A DNA stretch of 64,000 nt from Deltaproteobacteria bacterium (GTDB lineage: Bacteria > Myxococcota > Myxococcia > SLRQ01), in NCBI GenBank assembly GCA_029210625.1, contig JARGFU010000001.1, positions 325,806-389,805 on the forward strand, written 5' to 3'. The position numbers were made by a program, and so were the translations under genes. Below, piece after piece: positions 1 to 7,931 of the stretch. Within the stretch, counting starts at the first letter, position 1. Each line of letters begins with the position of its first letter. The notes under the pieces are model-generated. The model saw only the letters and a list, made by a program, of their open reading frames with translations, did not search any database and was not told the origin of the DNA.

Positions 1-1
1 G

Positions 2-2710
2 CTCGAGCGCAAGCTCGTCGGCACCGTCAACGGCGGGAACTTTGGCGAGGTGCTCACCGCCGGAGACCTGAACCGGGACGGCTTCGCCGAGATCGTGGTG
101 GGCTCACCGAACGCCTCCCGCGGGGCAGGCTCCCACGGCCTGGTCAACGTCTTCGACGGCCGCACCGGCCGCAAGCTGGTCCACGACGCCGGCCCGGCGC
201 AGGGCTCCCTGCTCATCCCCAACTGGGGCCGCGGGCTGGCGATCACCGAGGACAACGACCTCGACGGCTTCCCCGAGCTCCTCGTCGGCGGTCAGGGCGG
301 CGAGGTCTACGCCTTCTCCGGGCGGGACCGCAGCCTGGCCTGGACCGACAGCGACGCCGGCGGCAACGCGGGCTACGCCATCGCCGCCGCCGGCCTGGCC
401 AACGCCTCCTTCCAGACCCCGGTCGACGGCTTCCCCGAGCACGCCGTGGGTGATCCCATGGGCGGAGCCAGCAACAACGGCGTGATCCGCTTCTACTCCG
501 GCGTCTCCTCGGCGCCCTTCGCCACCCGCACCTTCGGCGCCGCGCCCGAGGACCGCCTGGGTCAGCACCTCTCCCCGGCCGTCCCCCTCGCCGGCCCGAG
601 CGGCCACAGCGTGATGACGGCGGTCGGCACCGGCGACGGCTTCACCAGCTACGGCCGGGTGGTGGTGATCGACAGCACCAACGGCACCCTGCTGGGGACC
701 ATCCTCGGCTCGGACTACCCCACCGCGATCACCGGCGCCGCGCCCCTGACCCGGGTCCAGTCGGTCGGCACCGGCTACAACTGGATCGCCGTCCCCCGCG
801 CCAACGCGAACGAGGTGGAGGTCTGGCAGGTCGACGAGTCGGGCATCAGCCTCTACCAGACCATCGGCGCCCCGGTCGGCGTCCCGGCGGGCGCGATCTT
901 CGGCCAGTCGGTCGCCTGGTTCGATCTGGACGCCGACGGCTACCAGGATCTCCTGGTGGGCGCCGCCGGGACCGCGGCGAGCGGCGAGGGCTCCTTCTGG
1001 GGCTTCGACGTCGAGGCCGGCGGCCGGGTCCTGCTGCGCCAGGATGCCCCGCAGGGGACCGCGGGCTTCGGCTGGAGCATGGCGGTGGCCGACGTCTTCA
1101 ACGACGGGATCCCGGACATCGTCGTCGGCGCCCCCTACACCATGAACGCCGGCGGCTTGATGCTGGGCTGGGTGGGGGTCTACCAGCTCACCGATCTCTC
1201 GATCTCCCCGAACGACGTGCGCTCCACCACCCGGCGCGAGATCCAGCTGAACGTGAGCGGCGGCACCCCGCCCTACACCTTCCTCCTGGACACCAACGGC
1301 ACCGGCGTGGGCGGCCAGCCCCAGCCGACGGTCACCTCCGACGGCGTCTACCGGGCCGGCACCGGCCTGGGGGTGGACACCGTCAAGGTCACCGACGCCC
1401 GGGGCCGGGTGCGCCTGCTCTCGATCCCGCTGATCTCGGAGCTGGACGGTGGCGCGTTCCGCAACTCCGACGGGCCCAACGACGGCGGCCAGCTCGGCGC
1501 CTCCCTGGCCATCCTCGGCGATCGGAACTTCGACGGTGTGCCGGAGTTCCTGGTCGGCGCGCCGCAGGGGCAGGGCCTCGGCGGCGCCGTGGGGGTGATC
1601 TACCTCTACGATGGCGCCACCGGCGGCGTGATCGCCTCGATCCCCTCGCCCAACAACACCATCGGGGACCGCTTCGGGGCCGCGGTGGCCGGCGTCTCGG
1701 ACGTGGACGGCGACGGCTACGCCGAGTTCCTGGTCGGCGCCCCCGGCGTCCTGGCGGAGACCGGCCGGGTCTACCTCTTCGCCGGCACGAGCCTGGCGAA
1801 CCTCGATCAGCTCGACGGCAACTTCCCCGGGGACCGCTTCGGCGAGAACATCGTCTTCCTCGGCCAGTGGAACGGCGAGTTCGGCCACGACTTCGCGGTG
1901 GCGGCGCCCGGCGCCAACTACGTGCGCATCCACCAGCTCGTCAGCGGGGCGGCGCCCTCCCTGGGCGACTCCGACTGCCGCGCCGCCTCCCCCTGCGTGC
2001 TCTCCCTGCCCACCACCGGCGCCGACCTGAGCAACCCCGAGGACTTCGGCATCGCCATGGCCCACGGAGACATCACCGGCGACCTGGTGCCCGAGCTCAT
2101 CGTCGGCGCCCCGGGCCAGGACGGCTCCTTCCTCAACGGCCTCACCGACGCCGGGCGGGTGATGGTCTTCGGCGGGGCCTGGAACGGCTTCTCCGCCGGC
2201 TACGTCATCCTCGACCGGCCGGGCGACCGGGACTTCATGACCCTCGGCAGCTCGCTGGCCGTGATCGGCGACTTCGACGACGACGGCTACCGCGACATCC
2301 TGGTGGGCGCCGGCAAGGACAGCTCCGGCGGCATCTACGGGGGCGGCAGCGTCTCGGTGCTCTCCAGCCAGAGCGGCAACATCCTCTACCGCCAGATGGG
2401 CACCTCCCTCCTGGGACAGCTGGGCATCCAGGTGGCCAGCTCCGATCTGGACCGGGACGGCTTCGTCGACTGGGTGATCGGCGCCAAGGAGGAGACCGCG
2501 GCGATCCAGGTCTTCGACGGTGAGACCATCCGGATCCGGACGGTGCTGGCGGGCTACTCCAGCGCCGGCACCGGCGAGCGGCTGCTCGCGGGCTTCGACT
2601 TCGACCGCAACGGCCTCGACGACGTGCTCTTCGGCTCGCCGAGCTGGGACGACGGCTTCCCCCTGTCTCCCGACGGAAGGATCACCGTGCGCGGGACCGT
2701 CGGACCGTAG
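2..2710 (+). CDS. FG-GAP (integrin-alpha-like) repeat protein, 5' partial
   Basis: The reading frame is open from the window edge (LERKLVGTVNGG... precedes the first ATG at 50). It contains many DxDGxxDxxVGAP FG-GAP repeats. The antisense 948-aa ORF is a GC shadow. Confidence 0.8.
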   Translation, partial: LERKLVGTVNGGNFGEVLTAGDLNRDGFAEIVVGSPNASRGAGSHGLVNVFDGRTGRKLVHDAGPAQGSLLIPNWGRGLAITEDNDLDGFPELLVGGQGGEVYAFSGRDRSLAWTDSDAGGNAGYAIAAAGLANASFQTPVDGFPEHAVGDPMGGASNNGVIRFYSGVSSAPFATRTFGAAPEDRLGQHLSPAVPLAGPSGHSVMTAVGTGDGFTSYGRVVVIDSTNGTLLGTILGSDYPTAITGAAPLTRVQSVGTGYNWIAVPRANANEVEVWQVDESGISLYQTIGAPVGVPAGAIFGQSVAWFDLDADGYQDLLVGAAGTAASGEGSFWGFDVEAGGRVLLRQDAPQGTAGFGWSMAVADVFNDGIPDIVVGAPYTMNAGGLMLGWVGVYQLTDLSISPNDVRSTTRREIQLNVSGGTPPYTFLLDTNGTGVGGQPQPTVTSDGVYRAGTGLGVDTVKVTDARGRVRLLSIPLISELDGGAFRNSDGPNDGGQLGASLAILGDRNFDGVPEFLVGAPQGQGLGGAVGVIYLYDGATGGVIASIPSPNNTIGDRFGAAVAGVSDVDGDGYAEFLVGAPGVLAETGRVYLFAGTSLANLDQLDGNFPGDRFGENIVFLGQWNGEFGHDFAVAAPGANYVRIHQLVSGAAPSLGDSDCRAASPCVLSLPTTGADLSNPEDFGIAMAHGDITGDLVPELIVGAPGQDGSFLNGLTDAGRVMVFGGAWNGFSAGYVILDRPGDRDFMTLGSSLAVIGDFDDDGYRDILVGAGKDSSGGIYGGGSVSVLSSQSGNILYRQMGTSLLGQLGIQVASSDLDRDGFVDWVIGAKEETAAIQVFDGETIRIRTVLAGYSSAGTGERLLAGFDFDRNGLDDVLFGSPSWDDGFPLSPDGRITVRGTVGP

Positions 2711-2725
2711 ACCGATCCTTCGGGT

Positions 2726-2743
2726 CGGCCGCCCCCGCGGCCG
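2726..2743. terminator. GC hairpin (CGGCCG-loop-CGGCCG) between convergent genes
   Basis: A 6-bp perfect stem lies between the stop at 2710 (+) and the stop at 2748 (-). There is no U-tract, so this is a candidate bidirectional terminator only. Confidence 0.35.
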
Positions 2744-2747
2744 GCCC

Positions 2748-4127
2748 TTACTCCCGGGCCATCTCCGCGGGCAGCACCAGCAGGCGCTGCTTGATGGTGA
2801 GCATCTGCACGGCCAGCGAGCACTTCTCCATGAACATCTGGAAGGCCCGCAGGTCCTCGTTGCTGAAGGTGCCGCCCATGGGGCCGCTGCAGAGCACGAT
2901 GGCGCCGGCCCGCTGGTTGGAGACCAGGGGCACCATGAAGGTGTCGTCACCGTTGGGCAGGTTCAGCCACTTCAGGAGCGCCTCGGCGTCGGAGCCGGGC
3001 GCCACCGGCCCCAGGTGAAAGCCCGCCCGCCCGAAGCAGTTGCCGAAGGAGTCGGGGGAGACCCCATCGGTGAGGGTGTAGCAGCGCATCTGGAACTCGC
3101 GGGAGCCCTTGGCCACGTGCATGTGGTAGCCGTCGGCGCGCAGCATGAAGATGGCGATGTTCTCGAAGTAGGTCTGACCGAAGCGGAAGACCAGGCCCAG
3201 GATCTCGTCGCGGGCCTGGATCCCCAGCAGCTTTCGCACGACCTGCGGCAGGGTGATCGGCCCCAGCTCCTCACCCGCGGGCGTCGGCGCGGCGGCCGGG
3301 GAGGCTGCCGGCGCGGTCGCGGCCGCGAAGGGCAGCGGGGCAGGCACCGGCGCGGGGGGCTCGGTGTTGCGCACCGGGGCCGGGGCCGGGGCAGCGGCGA
3401 CCGGCATCGGAGCGGCGACCGGCGCCTGGGCGGCGACCGACGCCTGGGCGGCGACCGGCGCCGGAGCGGCGACCGGCATCGGGGCGGGCGCCGGAGCCGG
3501 AGCGGCCACCGGCATCGAGGCGGGCGCCGGGGCCGGCGCCGCCTGCGCGGGGGCCGAGAAGTCGATCTGCGGCGTGGACGGCTGCTGCGCCAGCTCGATC
3601 TCGTTGCCGGAGAAGGCGGCGGCGTAGCCCGCCGAGTTGGTCAAGGTGAGGGCCGGATCCTCGGAGATGCGGATGTAGCGCTCGGGCCGGCTGACCTCGT
3701 AGTAGCGCTCGAGGAGCGACCAGATGAGCAGCTCCGGCGCCACGTAGGGGCGCACGTCCAGCCCGGTGGCGAAGCTCACCTCGTCCACCATCGAGAGGTT
3801 GCTCGGATCGAGGATCGCCACGTGCAGGCGCCGCTTCTCCTTGAAGAAGGGGATGAGCGTGTAGCGCTCCGCCAGCTCTCGCGGCACCAGCTTGAGGATC
3901 TGCGGAGAGACGTCCTCCAGCGAGTCGATGGGCGCGGGGGGGAGGCCCGACTGCCTCGCGAGCAGGCTGGTGAGGAACTCCTGATTCACGAATCCCAGCT
4001 CGATGAGGATCGTGCCCAGCTTGCCCCCGTAGATCAGCTGGGCCTTCAGGGCCTCCTCGAGCTGCGGCTGGGAGAGGCCTCCGGCCTCCACCAGCATCTC
4101 CCCCAGTCTCATCTTCCCCTTAGCCAT
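2748..4127 (-). CDS. T2SSE_N (MshEN-like) domain + Pro/Ala-rich linker + GAF-like domain protein
   Basis: The start at MAKGKMRLGEMLVEAGGLSQPQLEEALKAQLIYGGKLGTILIELGFV matches the GspE/MshE N-terminal domain. A long APAPAP linker follows. The C-terminal part (FRFGQTYFENIAIFML...GAIVLCSG) is GAF-like. ATG at 4127 was chosen in place of the upstream ORF start. Confidence 0.7.
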   Translation of the reverse strand: MAKGKMRLGEMLVEAGGLSQPQLEEALKAQLIYGGKLGTILIELGFVNQEFLTSLLARQSGLPPAPIDSLEDVSPQILKLVPRELAERYTLIPFFKEKRRLHVAILDPSNLSMVDEVSFATGLDVRPYVAPELLIWSLLERYYEVSRPERYIRISEDPALTLTNSAGYAAAFSGNEIELAQQPSTPQIDFSAPAQAAPAPAPASMPVAAPAPAPAPMPVAAPAPVAAQASVAAQAPVAAPMPVAAAPAPAPVRNTEPPAPVPAPLPFAAATAPAASPAAAPTPAGEELGPITLPQVVRKLLGIQARDEILGLVFRFGQTYFENIAIFMLRADGYHMHVAKGSREFQMRCYTLTDGVSPDSFGNCFGRAGFHLGPVAPGSDAEALLKWLNLPNGDDTFMVPLVSNQRAGAIVLCSGPMGGTFSNEDLRAFQMFMEKCSLAVQMLTIKQRLLVLPAEMARE

Positions 4128-4296
4128 GGGGCACAGATCTATTCGCCCTGGCCCTCCCGTGTAAACCAGGGTCCCGGGAGAATCCCCTCGTCCAGGTGCA
4201 ACTTTCCACCTGAAGCCCGTAAAATGGCCGGATAGGGGCCGGAGAGGGGAATCTCCTCTCTCTCCTGCATGAACCCGAATCGCCAGAGAGGCCGAG

Positions 4297-5658
4297 ATGC
4301 TGCGCTCCACCCTCCTCTACGGAACCCTCGTCCTGCTGTTCCTCCCGCTCTCGGGTTGTGAGGGCTGCGCCGAGCCCCTGGCCCGCTGGGAGCCCGACGC
4401 CGGCCCGGGGGTGCCCGACGGGAGCACCCCGGACGGAGGCCAGAGCGACGGCGGGGGCGGCGACGCCGGGACGAGCGACGGCGGCGGCTCCGATGGGGGC
4501 GGGGGCAGCGACGGCGGCGTGGCCGTCCTCAGCTGCGCCGTCCTCTGCCACGGCGACGAGGGGAACCCGGCGCCGGCCCTCGACCTCGGCGCCGGCAGCG
4601 ATCCGGACCGCAGGGGCGTGGGCGCCCACCGCCAGCACCTCGCCACCGGCACCGACTGGCACCGGGAGGTGCGCTGCGAGGACTGCCACCTCGTCCCCTC
4701 CGCGGTGGGAGACGTCGGCCACATCGACACCCCGCAGCCCGCCGAGCTCACCTGGGGGGCGCTGGCCTCGGCCGACGGCCAGACCCCGGCCTTCGATCAG
4801 GGACAGTGCTCGGTCTACTGCCACGGACCGACCCTCCACCCCGGCGGCACCAACACCGAGCCCTTCTGGACCGCCGTGGGCGCGGGTCAGGCGGACTGCG
4901 GCACCTGCCACGGGCTGCCTCCCTCGGCCCCCCACCCGGCCACCGTGGCCGAGTGCGGTGTCTGTCACCCCACCCTCTCCGCGAGCGACCGCAGCTTCCT
5001 CGAGCCGGAGCGGCACGTCGACGGCGTCCTCGATCTCGGCGCCCTGGGCTGCGCGATCTGCCACGGGGACGGCACCCTGGCCGATCCGCCGGGTGACCTC
5101 GCGGGCAACGTCGACCCGGGCGCGCAGGGCGTCGGCTTCCACCGCTCCCACACCCAGGACACGGCGCTCCACCTCGCCTGGGACTGCGGCACCTGCCACC
5201 CGGCCCGCTGGGCGGACTACCTCGACCCCGGCCACCTCGACGGTGACAACGTGGCCGAGGTCCTCTTCGACGACCCCCAGAGCGGGGGCCTCAACCCGGT
5301 GGCCAGCTACACCCGCGCGACGGCCACCTGCTCGGCGGTCTACTGCCACGGCAACGGCCACTCCCGGAACCGCACCCTGATCTGGAACGCGCCGACCTCG
5401 ACGGCCTGCAACGCCTGCCACCACGACAACACCACCCCCGAGAATCAGATGGACCTCTCGGGCGAGCACTGGAAGCACATCGGCGATCGCAACTACCCCT
5501 GCTCGCGCTGCCACGCGGCGGTGGCCAACCCCGACAAGACGATCAACGATCGCAGCCTCCACGTGGACGGTCAGGTGAGCGTCTCGGAGTCCTCCTGGAA
5601 CCCGGCGGGGCGCGGCTCCTGCAACCCCTCCTGCCACGGCTTCGAGTACTGGAGGTAG
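4297..5658 (+). CDS. lipoprotein multihaem c-type cytochrome-like protein (multiple CxxCH / Cx3-4CH motifs)
   Basis: Signal peptide with LSGC lipobox. At least seven CxxCH motifs (CAVLCH, CEDCH, CGTCH, CGVCH, CAICH, CNACH, CSRCH) plus CSVYCH and CSAVYCH variants. GAGAGG RBS precedes the ATG. Confidence 0.8.
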   Translation: MLRSTLLYGTLVLLFLPLSGCEGCAEPLARWEPDAGPGVPDGSTPDGGQSDGGGGDAGTSDGGGSDGGGGSDGGVAVLSCAVLCHGDEGNPAPALDLGAGSDPDRRGVGAHRQHLATGTDWHREVRCEDCHLVPSAVGDVGHIDTPQPAELTWGALASADGQTPAFDQGQCSVYCHGPTLHPGGTNTEPFWTAVGAGQADCGTCHGLPPSAPHPATVAECGVCHPTLSASDRSFLEPERHVDGVLDLGALGCAICHGDGTLADPPGDLAGNVDPGAQGVGFHRSHTQDTALHLAWDCGTCHPARWADYLDPGHLDGDNVAEVLFDDPQSGGLNPVASYTRATATCSAVYCHGNGHSRNRTLIWNAPTSTACNACHHDNTTPENQMDLSGEHWKHIGDRNYPCSRCHAAVANPDKTINDRSLHVDGQVSVSESSWNPAGRGSCNPSCHGFEYWR

Positions 5659-5691
5659 CGCCGGACCCGCGCTTCCTGGCATGACCCGGGG

Positions 5692-6560
5692 ATGAGCGCG
5701 CGTCCCGAGCGTGGGCTCGACTTCACCGTCGACCTGCCCCTCCACCTCATCCAGGCCCTGCGCCTCGTCCAGGCCCTCGGCGAGTCCTCGCACCGCCTTC
5801 GCCTGCCCGCCGCGGCGCTGCCGACCTTCCGCTACCTCGACCGCTTCTTCCCCACCGCGGTCGAGCCCCTCGAGGAGGGACACCCACCCTGCGCGGCGTC
5901 ACCCTCGATCACGAGGCGCCCCGGACGGCCCTGGGCGAGCTCTCCCGGCCGCTGATCTTCCCCCGGGCGCTCTTCGATCACCTGCGCGCACGGTGGCGCG
6001 AGGAGCGGGACCTGCACTTCTCCTTCTCCGGCCTGCGAACGCCGAGCCGCAACGAGACGCTGCGCCAGTGGTTCGAGCGGCACCGCGAGGCCCTCGACCC
6101 GGCGACCCGGCGCGGCCCCTCCCGCTGGCTCGCCACGGCGTCTCACCGCCTCGCCGGCCGCCGGCCCCTCCTCCCGGAGGCGATGGCCTACCCGGGCCTC
6201 TCGCTCTTCGCCTCCAGCCGGGGGCGGCGCTTCCCGGTGAAGGCCTGGGATCCGGACTACTACGACACCCTCTGCCGCAGCCTCTTCGTGCTCTGCCCCG
6301 ACGGTGACTTCGTCTGGACCTACCGCTTCTTCGAGGCGATGGCCTGCGGGGCCCTGCCGGTGATCGAGAGCACCTGCGTCCACCACGAGGGCTTCACCTT
6401 CGCGACCCTCGACACGCCCCTCGCCGAGCTCGAGCGCTCCCCCCGGGCCCTGGAGGAGAACTTCGAGCGCTGCCGCGAGCGGCTCACCGTCCCCCGCGAG
6501 GCGCTCGACGCGGCGATCGAGGCCGCCCTATCGAGAGAGGCGGAAGCGGCGGTACACTGA
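5692..6560 (+). CDS. exostosin-like (GT47-family) glycosyltransferase, apparent frameshift near 5880
   Basis: The C-terminal part (CPDGDFVWTYRFFEAMACGALPVIES) matches the exostosin domain. The homologous frame (frame 0) has no ATG, GTG or TTG from 5685 to 6182. The plausible N-terminus is in frame 1 (5692-5955). This implies a frameshift or a sequencing error. Confidence 0.45.
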
Positions 6561-6597
6561 CCGTCTCGTTCGCTTCGTTCACGCCCACGGGGGAAAC

Positions 6598-7128
6598 ATG
6601 CCGCGGTACATCCTGGTCTGCGCCGTCCTCTTCCAGGCCGGCTGCGCAACCATCCTCGGCCACAACCACCACACGATGACGGTGACGAGCACCCCCGCCG
6701 GCGCCTCGGTCTTCCTCAACGGCGCCCCGATGGGCCAGACCCCCGTGCAGTTCGTGGTCCAGGACCTCGGCACGCCGAACGCCCTGAAGATCCGCCTCGA
6801 GGGCTACGAGGACGAGTCGCAGCGGGTCCTGCGCCGGGTGCAGACCGTGGCCTTCTGCAACCTCTTCAACTTCATCTGCTGGGGCGTCGACTACCTCTCG
6901 GACAGCATGTTCGAGATCAAGAACAACGAGGTCCACTTCGACCTGCGCCCCCGCCTGCCGGCCGCCGCGCCGCCGAGCCCCTACCCGGCCGCCGCGCCGC
7001 CCGGCGCCCCCCTGCCCTCCCCCACCGCCCCGGTGGAGGCGCTCCCCGCTCCCCCCCCGGGGGAGGGCCTCGAGCCGCCCCCCGAGCTCTCGGCGCCCCC
7101 GCTGGTGGCGCCGCCCGACGTCCCCTGA
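6598..7128 (+). CDS. PEGA-domain lipoprotein with Pro-rich C-terminus
   Basis: Lipobox FQAGC. PEGA-like motif TPAGASVFLNGAPMGQTP. GGGGGA RBS. Confidence 0.75.
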   Translation: MPRYILVCAVLFQAGCATILGHNHHTMTVTSTPAGASVFLNGAPMGQTPVQFVVQDLGTPNALKIRLEGYEDESQRVLRRVQTVAFCNLFNFICWGVDYLSDSMFEIKNNEVHFDLRPRLPAAAPPSPYPAAAPPGAPLPSPTAPVEALPAPPPGEGLEPPPELSAPPLVAPPDVP

Positions 7129-7145
7129 TTCGAGGAGAAGATCCC

Positions 7146-7928
7146 ATGCGCAACGGCACCCTCATCGCTCCCCTGCTCGCCCTCGGCCTGGCGGCCTGCG
7201 GCCCCGGCGGCTCGGAGGGAGAGGAGGACCTCCGCAGCCTGGAGGTGGCCCTGGCCTCGAGCACCTCGGTGGCCCAGACCGCCTCCATCGCCCTCCAGGC
7301 CATGAACGGCGGCTCGGCCTGCGCGACCGTCGTCACCGCCTGCGCGGCCTTCCCCTGCAGCGGCGAGGTCTCGATCGACCTGGGCGCCGGCTGCCCGCTG
7401 CCCCTGGGCGGGGTGGCCAGCGGGACGGTGAGCGTGACCGGGCAGTGGACGGACGCCACCAGCGCCACGATGACCTCGCAGTTCGTGAACGCCACCTCCG
7501 AGGGCCGGGACGTCGTCGCCGTCAGCGCGACCTCGGTGGTGGTGAGCCAGACGGGCGACCGGGTGGACATCAGCTACGTGGGTCAGGACGTCGAGGTGCG
7601 GGGCGAGATCGCGGTGGCCGCGCAGTCGACCTACGTGCTCGAGGTCGACACCGCGGGCACCCCCGACGACCCCTCCGACGACACGACGACCGTGACCAGC
7701 ACCCAGCAGGGCGTCACGGGCACCGACGTGGTGCAGCTGGCGATCACCTCTGCCGTGATCTCCCCCGACTGCCGGCTCAACCCCATCGACGGTCAGGCGA
7801 CCCTCCAGGAGGTCGGCAGCGGCTCGACCATCTCGATCAACATGGAGACGATCGAGTTCCACGCGGCCTGCGACGGCCAGGCCGAGAACCTCTTCGGCGG
7901 CACCGTCGACCTGGACTTCCTGGAGTAG
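7146..7928 (+). CDS. hypothetical lipoprotein
   Basis: Signal peptide plus LAACG lipobox. GGAGAAG RBS. Compact spacing with the neighbouring genes. Confidence 0.6.
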   Translation: MRNGTLIAPLLALGLAACGPGGSEGEEDLRSLEVALASSTSVAQTASIALQAMNGGSACATVVTACAAFPCSGEVSIDLGAGCPLPLGGVASGTVSVTGQWTDATSATMTSQFVNATSEGRDVVAVSATSVVVSQTGDRVDISYVGQDVEVRGEIAVAAQSTYVLEVDTAGTPDDPSDDTTTVTSTQQGVTGTDVVQLAITSAVISPDCRLNPIDGQATLQEVGSGSTISINMETIEFHAACDGQAENLFGGTVDLDFLE

Positions 7929-7931
7929 CCG

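Noticed and set aside
104-2950. 948-aa ORF antisense to the FG-GAP gene, and similar very long antisense ORFs (4120-5883, 6981-9926, 21186-25238, 25089-26957, 39235-43008, 43300-45630, 53061-55301, 55213-59178)
   Set aside because: Arg/Ala/Gly/Pro-rich shadow ORFs with no domain signatures, typical of ~70% GC DNA. In each case the opposite strand carries a clearly homologous gene.
3253-3627. 124-aa Ala/Gly ORF on the plus strand
   Set aside because: Mirror image of the (PA)n linker of the minus-strand MshEN-GAF gene. Not coding.
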